The notes under the pieces are model-generated. The model worked only from the letters and a program-made list of their open reading frames with translations. It did no database searches and had not been told where the DNA came from. A program made the position numbers and the translations under genes. DNA of 57,846 nucleotides from the IMG/VR virus record IMGVR_UViG_3300009467_000016, positions 1 to 57,846 of that record, one strand, 5' to 3'. The DNA is from a virus. Taxonomy: Duplodnaviria; Caudoviricetes. Below, in pieces: positions 53,280 to 57,846 of this stretch. Each line of letters begins with the position of its first letter. Position 1 is the first letter of the stretch.

Positions 53280-54164
53280 CTAAAAAGGAATTTCTTCTAC
53301 TTGCACGATAGCGTCAAGTGTAGAGGGGTCTATAGCCACATCAGGCTTACGTAAAGACTTCCACTTGCTAAGTACATACTCGTTACCGTAGTCAATGTAG
53401 TCAACGAAAGCCTGTACTGTAGCGTGATCCTCTGGCACCATCTTAGTCTTAGTACCCAAGTTAGCAACCATAGTAGCGTACTTGTTACCTGTAGGCAGAG
53501 TCTCCTTATGGGCATGAAGTGTTATCGTATGCTCAATAGGTAACAGCTTCTTAGATACAATATCTTTAAGTGCTGCATCCAAGGAACGCTTACTGTCAGC
53601 ATTCTTTACGTCCATCGTAAAGTCAATCTCTGAGTCATAGCCTTTTACAGCTACACCATTCTCATCAGTAACTTTACCTAGCTTAACCTTGCCAAACAAA
53701 ACCTTAGTGTTCTTAACACTACGGATAATAGCTTTAGTGTCTTCATCAACGGCATCCCAATCCTTGATGTATGCACTAGGCCGACCAAGGTTGAACGTAC
53801 CTTTGGTGTCTTTAAGATCGCCCTTAAGTACAGTAGCCATGACAGTCTTGTTCATAGCGTTGTTGTCGCTATCCCATTGGGTCCATTGCTGACGCTGTGC
53901 AAATAAACGGATGGTAGCACTACGGCTATACACAGTCACACCCTCTGAGTCAGTAAGCTTGTAAGCACCCAAGGGTACGACTACCTTCTCTTCTAGTTCA
54001 CCGTCTTCATCTACTTGCTCCTTCATGATGGGAGCTTGTACCTGTGCTAGTCGTGCAAGGTTAGGCCCACTGGAAGAACCCATAGACATATCAGCATCTG
54101 CACTGAAACCCATAGCTGCAGCAAGGTCTGCACTTGCCATTGTCGTAGATAACTCATTGCTCAT
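53280..54164 (-). CDS. Single-stranded DNA-binding protein (putative)
   Basis: Acidic C-terminus EEIPF; between polymerase and exonuclease; own strong promoter. Confidence 0.65.
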   Translation of the reverse strand: MSNELSTTMASADLAAAMGFSADADMSMGSSSGPNLARLAQVQAPIMKEQVDEDGELEEKVVVPLGAYKLTDSEGVTVYSRSATIRLFAQRQQWTQWDSDNNAMNKTVMATVLKGDLKDTKGTFNLGRPSAYIKDWDAVDEDTKAIIRSVKNTKVLFGKVKLGKVTDENGVAVKGYDSEIDFTMDVKNADSKRSLDAALKDIVSKKLLPIEHTITLHAHKETLPTGNKYATMVANLGTKTKMVPEDHATVQAFVDYIDYGNEYVLSKWKSLRKPDVAIDPSTLDAIVQVEEIPF

Positions 54165-54197
54165 TATATATCCTTTCTGAGCTTTATTTGAACCGCA

Positions 54198-54226
54198 GTT
54201 ATATCATATCACATCTTTAGTGTCAA
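54198..54226 (-). promoter_or_regulatory. Sigma70 promoter overlapping the 3' end of the polymerase gene, driving the SSB operon
   Basis: TTGACA-N17-TATAAC with TGa extended -10. Confidence 0.8.
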
Positions 54227-56288
54227 GCCAATTCGGTCCAATTTTGGCTTCTAAAAGTAGTGGTACGTTCATCTTTATGCCGTAGTAATTATCAATGATA
54301 CTATTAAGACAGTCGTTAACATCGTTAATGACACTGATTACCTCCTTTTGTTCATCAGGGTGTATGTCAATGACCGCTGAGTCATGAACACTATTAACTA
54401 TGCAAGAGCGCATGTTCTTTAGTCTCTTGTCAATCTCAAGTAACACAACAGGTACAACATCACCAGTAGCAAACCCTTGGACAGGGTAGTTCTTGATCCT
54501 AGTGAAGTTAGTAGGCGTATTGTTTTCCCTTCTAGTAGTACCGGGAAATGCATACTGCCTACCTGACACATTGGTTATCTTTTGGAAACGTATAGCCTCA
54601 TCACCTAGCTTCTTGTGCCACTTGGCTATGCCTTTGTACTTGTCAATGAAGTGCGTGTAGTACGCAGCTTCTGCCTTAGTCCTGCCAAAGCCTGTCGCGC
54701 CAAAGAGAGGGGCGAAGGTGTGTTCCTTGGCAGCTTGCCTTGCAGTAGGTTGACCTGCATCAGAGATAATCTGTGCAGTGTATGCGTGTACGTCAAACCC
54801 TGTGTTGATCTCTTCCATAGCTGTCTCATCCTGTGACAGGAATGCAGCAGCCCTAAACTCTAGCTGTGCAAAGTCAGCTTCCATGATCTTACCGCCCTCC
54901 CAACGTGATACAAAGACACGCTTAACAGGGAACGTACCACCTCTAGGCATGTTCTGCATGTTAGGCTCACGCCCACTAAACCTGCCAGTAGATGTAATGT
55001 GCTGCGTTAGTGACACGTGCAGTACATCGTTCTGTTTAGTGAAGGTGTCTATACCCTCAACAAAGCTAGACAGGTAGCTAGACACAGCGTTCAACCGCTT
55101 CAAGTCCTCAAGGAACTTAACAGCTACATCCATGTTGTTGTCCATAGCTGTAGCTCTGAGTACGTCTAGTATATCCTTGCCTGTAGAAAAACCACTAGCA
55201 CTAACCCAAGATGCGCTAGGTGGGAAGAAACCAAAGCCAGCCATTCTTGATTGCTTCTTGAGTTGATAGCCTCTGGCATCACAGTCCTTACATTTGTTGG
55301 GTTTTGCATACTTACTACCATCTTTCTTTACTTTGTACGTTTCTGCACTGCCTTCACAAGTCGGGCAAGTGAACGCCTCAGTACGATACAGAAGGTCACT
55401 GTTAGCATTGACTATCTCCTTTAGGTCAGATAGCTTCCTACAGTTATCAAACAAGTTAGGCCAATCATCCTTGGAGTGAGGCTTACGGCTAAAGATAACC
55501 TGAGACATTTGCTCTGGGCTATTTAAGTTAACTGGGGTGTCACCCATGACCTCACGCACTTGCATCTGTAGACGGGACTGAATGGCTCCACGCTCATCCT
55601 CAAACTCCTTACGCACTGCATCCAAAGCCTTGCGGTCTACCTTCATACCGTCAGCCTTCATGCGTGTAAGAAGCTTGCATACCTCAAACGTAATGTCTCT
55701 CACGTTACCAAGGCTCTGAGACTCAGGTAACATAAAGTCTGCACTCTGTGCATGAAACAGTGAAGCTGTGGTATTGCAGTCAGCCTCAAGGTAAAAGGTC
55801 AACTCTGCTAATGGTATCTCATCAGTGTTGTAACCTTCCTTAAAGTAACGCTTTAGAGTGTCATCCTTTTGAAAGTCAAGGTTTCTACGGATAGCTGTGT
55901 TACCTAGAGACAAAGATATCTTTTTGACTACTCCTTTATCTGATATCTCTATGTTGTTTCCTCTGAGTAAAATACTCTCGGCAAGCATAGTATCCCATAT
56001 AGCCCCGTCATACTTAAAGCCACACTCCCAAAGCCAAGCCAAGTCATGCTGTGCGTTGTGCATGATCAGCAGGGTAGTGTTATCCAATATCTTTTGAATA
56101 CGTCGAGACTCAACGCCTGTCTGATCAACGTACTCTTTGTGTTGCAGATCAAACGTCAGAGCCTCAGTACCATCGTCAACGTCACGTACCCCTACGTTCA
56201 CTAGGAAGTTACCCTCCTCCCAAGGGTCTAGCAGAAGCTTACCGTTGCGCTTCTTTGTTGTGTTCTCAACGTCCAATACTATACGCAT
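54204..56288 (-). CDS. polA: Family A DNA polymerase with 3'-5' exonuclease and DnaJ-like Zn-finger insertion
   Basis: LDVE, HNAQHD, DFAQLEFR, RQAAKEHTF..LFG, VHDS; insertion CPTCEGSA...CKDCDARG. Confidence 0.95.
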   Translation of the reverse strand: MRIVLDVENTTKKRNGKLLLDPWEEGNFLVNVGVRDVDDGTEALTFDLQHKEYVDQTGVESRRIQKILDNTTLLIMHNAQHDLAWLWECGFKYDGAIWDTMLAESILLRGNNIEISDKGVVKKISLSLGNTAIRRNLDFQKDDTLKRYFKEGYNTDEIPLAELTFYLEADCNTTASLFHAQSADFMLPESQSLGNVRDITFEVCKLLTRMKADGMKVDRKALDAVRKEFEDERGAIQSRLQMQVREVMGDTPVNLNSPEQMSQVIFSRKPHSKDDWPNLFDNCRKLSDLKEIVNANSDLLYRTEAFTCPTCEGSAETYKVKKDGSKYAKPNKCKDCDARGYQLKKQSRMAGFGFFPPSASWVSASGFSTGKDILDVLRATAMDNNMDVAVKFLEDLKRLNAVSSYLSSFVEGIDTFTKQNDVLHVSLTQHITSTGRFSGREPNMQNMPRGGTFPVKRVFVSRWEGGKIMEADFAQLEFRAAAFLSQDETAMEEINTGFDVHAYTAQIISDAGQPTARQAAKEHTFAPLFGATGFGRTKAEAAYYTHFIDKYKGIAKWHKKLGDEAIRFQKITNVSGRQYAFPGTTRRENNTPTNFTRIKNYPVQGFATGDVVPVVLLEIDKRLKNMRSCIVNSVHDSAVIDIHPDEQKEVISVINDVNDCLNSIIDNYYGIKMNVPLLLEAKIGPNWLDTKDVI

Positions 56289-56301
56289 TGTGTTCCTTTC
56301 T

Positions 56302-57525
56302 TTAGGCTAGGTACTGTGACCTGCCCCCGTCTAACTCACAATGAACAACCCCATGCCATCCACCCTTTAGTTTGTTCTTAGCTACATTGATATGACGCTG
56401 CTTGTCTTCATCATCACCCTCAGTAACTTGGTTCTTAGCAATCAGAAGCATCAAGTCTGCCTCTGCTGCCTTGCCTGTCTTACTACCTTCCAGCATAGAC
56501 TGATCAAGGTAGACTTTATCTTGTGCATCAGCAGACAACTGACTCATCCATATAATAGCACAGTTATACTTCTTAGCTATGTTACGAGCATGGATAGCAG
56601 CAGCCTTGAGATATACGTCTGACTTGTCACTACTCTTTACAGCAAACTTATCACCCATGTCAAGTACAACTATGTCGGGCTTGCTGTGCTTAATGATGTT
56701 CTCTACCCAACCTAAGTCTTTACCTGTACTGTCAAACATGCTGATCTTTTCACGCACCTTCTTGTACCTAGCTGCAGCTAACGCATAGTTAGACTTGATC
56801 TCATCTGTATCCATACTAGCAGCAGCGCACAGGTAGCGTTCAGCTACACGTACATATTCTTCCTCGTTACATAGTACCATACACTTAGCACCCTGCTCTG
56901 CAAAACCTTTAGGTGAAGCAATAGTAGACGCATGGAAGCTTGTCTTACCTGTGTTGGGCCTAGCACCCACAATGATGAAGTGACCACTACTTATGCCTTC
57001 TATGCGCCCAGCGAGGCTAGGTATATTCCATTTCCACTGAGACTGCTGTAGTCCTGCCTCAAGGATCGTATCTATATCAATGTCAGCCCACTCAACATTC
57101 ATGTTAGGCATGAAGTTATCCTCATGAGCCTCAAGTACCTGACGTAGTGGCTCAAGAGAGGTAAGCTTACCGTTAACGTAGTCGAACCCCAAGTTAGCTA
57201 CCTGCTCCCCTACGTGCTGCCTAAACATCCTAGACAGTACATCAGAGGCTACATCCCTAGACATAGGAACCTCTTTGCGTAGCTTTGAGAACAGACCCTC
57301 ATACAAAACCTTGTTAGCTGTAGTCATGGTGCTGTACTCAGAGAAGAACAAAGCTTCTAACTCAGAGGTAGATATAGTACGGTCATACTTTTCCATAGCG
57401 TTGTCCAAGACACGCTTGATCTTGCGTACATCTTTAGTGAACAACTTGTCAGGGCATTTGATACCCTTGTGATCTTCATAGAACTCCTGATCGTGTAGGG
57501 TTCTAATTAGAGATAGCTCCATCAT
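56302..57525 (-). CDS. DnaB-like (SF4) replicative helicase
   Basis: GARPNTGKT, VVLD, SQL, AEADL, KNK; start probably MMELSL, coupled to the thyX stop. Confidence 0.92.
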   Translation of the reverse strand: MMELSLIRTLHDQEFYEDHKGIKCPDKLFTKDVRKIKRVLDNAMEKYDRTISTSELEALFFSEYSTMTTANKVLYEGLFSKLRKEVPMSRDVASDVLSRMFRQHVGEQVANLGFDYVNGKLTSLEPLRQVLEAHEDNFMPNMNVEWADIDIDTILEAGLQQSQWKWNIPSLAGRIEGISSGHFIIVGARPNTGKTSFHASTIASPKGFAEQGAKCMVLCNEEEYVRVAERYLCAAASMDTDEIKSNYALAAARYKKVREKISMFDSTGKDLGWVENIIKHSKPDIVVLDMGDKFAVKSSDKSDVYLKAAAIHARNIAKKYNCAIIWMSQLSADAQDKVYLDQSMLEGSKTGKAAEADLMLLIAKNQVTEGDDEDKQRHINVAKNKLKGGWHGVVHCELDGGRSQYLA

Positions 57526-57846
57526 CCGTATAATCCTCTTAATGCTTTCCAAGACAAAGGGAATAGCTTATGCATACTGTCACATATCTGATTAGCTACT
57601 AGTCTAGTCTCTAACTGTGTGTCTCCCTTGCACCTAAGATTACACATATCTGCAAAGGCGTCAAGGCTACCTGACCAATACCATTCAGTCATGGTGCTTT
57701 GTGGCAACACCATACGTGCTTGTTCTGGACAGATACCACTAGACAATAAGTCTTGGTAAGCAGCTAGGCAATACCCTTGAACCTTTAAAGCACCGACAGG
57801 TACAGACTCTACAGCACCAGCACTACCCTGCTTCTTATCGTCAGCC
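57522..57846 (-). CDS. thyX: ThyX, 3' part
   Basis: CPEQARMVLP...W..S...LR....Q.E.R; in frame with 1-456 through the overlap. Confidence 0.93.
   Translation of the reverse strand, partial: ADDKKQGSAGAVESVPVGALKVQGYCLAAYQDLLSSGICPEQARMVLPQSTMTEWYWSGSLDAFADMCNLRCKGDTQLETRLVANQICDSMHKLFPLSWKALRGLYG
57735..57846. repeat. Terminal direct repeat copy 2
   Basis: Identical to 1-112. Confidence 0.95.

Noticed and set aside
48643-57525. Inteins or introns in RNR, polymerase or helicase
   Set aside because: Lengths are normal, frames are uninterrupted, and no splice motifs or homing domains were seen
1-57846. tRNA or rRNA genes
   Set aside because: No cloverleaf or GTTCGA T-loop context recognised by eye in the few intergenic gaps; tRNAscan-SE or ARAGORN would be needed to exclude them

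Overview
The window is an apparently complete, circularly assembled dsDNA phage genome of about 57.7 kb. Positions 1-112 are identical to 57735-57846, and thyX runs across that junction. It looks like a marine podovirus of the HMO-2011 type: a family A DNA polymerase with a DnaJ-like CxxC..CxxC insertion, separate primase and helicase, a tyrosine integrase, class II RNR, ThyX and a MazG-like protein, with no recognisable RNA polymerase. The host is probably an alphaproteobacterium (Roseobacter-like); that is an inference. There are two arms. The minus-strand early/replication arm runs from about 9.9 kb down through the junction to 48.08 kb. The plus-strand lysis/packaging/virion arm runs 10.76-48.02 kb. 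Main signals not explained by the gene list: (1) three perfect chromosomal parS palindromes (TGTTTCACGTGAAACA) plus a ParB-fold-like gene; (2) nine copies of a 24-bp dyad repeat dividing the early region next to the integrase into cassette-like units, with loops in both orientations; (3) strong CCWGG avoidance visible in Pro-Gly codon choice; (4) a [FYM]xxGG peptide motif shared by unrelated late proteins; (5) small host-manipulation candidates: a half-size Na/Pi cotransporter, and DUF1127 and ArfA-like genes missed by the ORF track. The portal gene has an in-frame TAG and the putative scaffold gene has a frameshift; both may be sequence errors. All protein calls come from motif recognition by eye, not from database searches.
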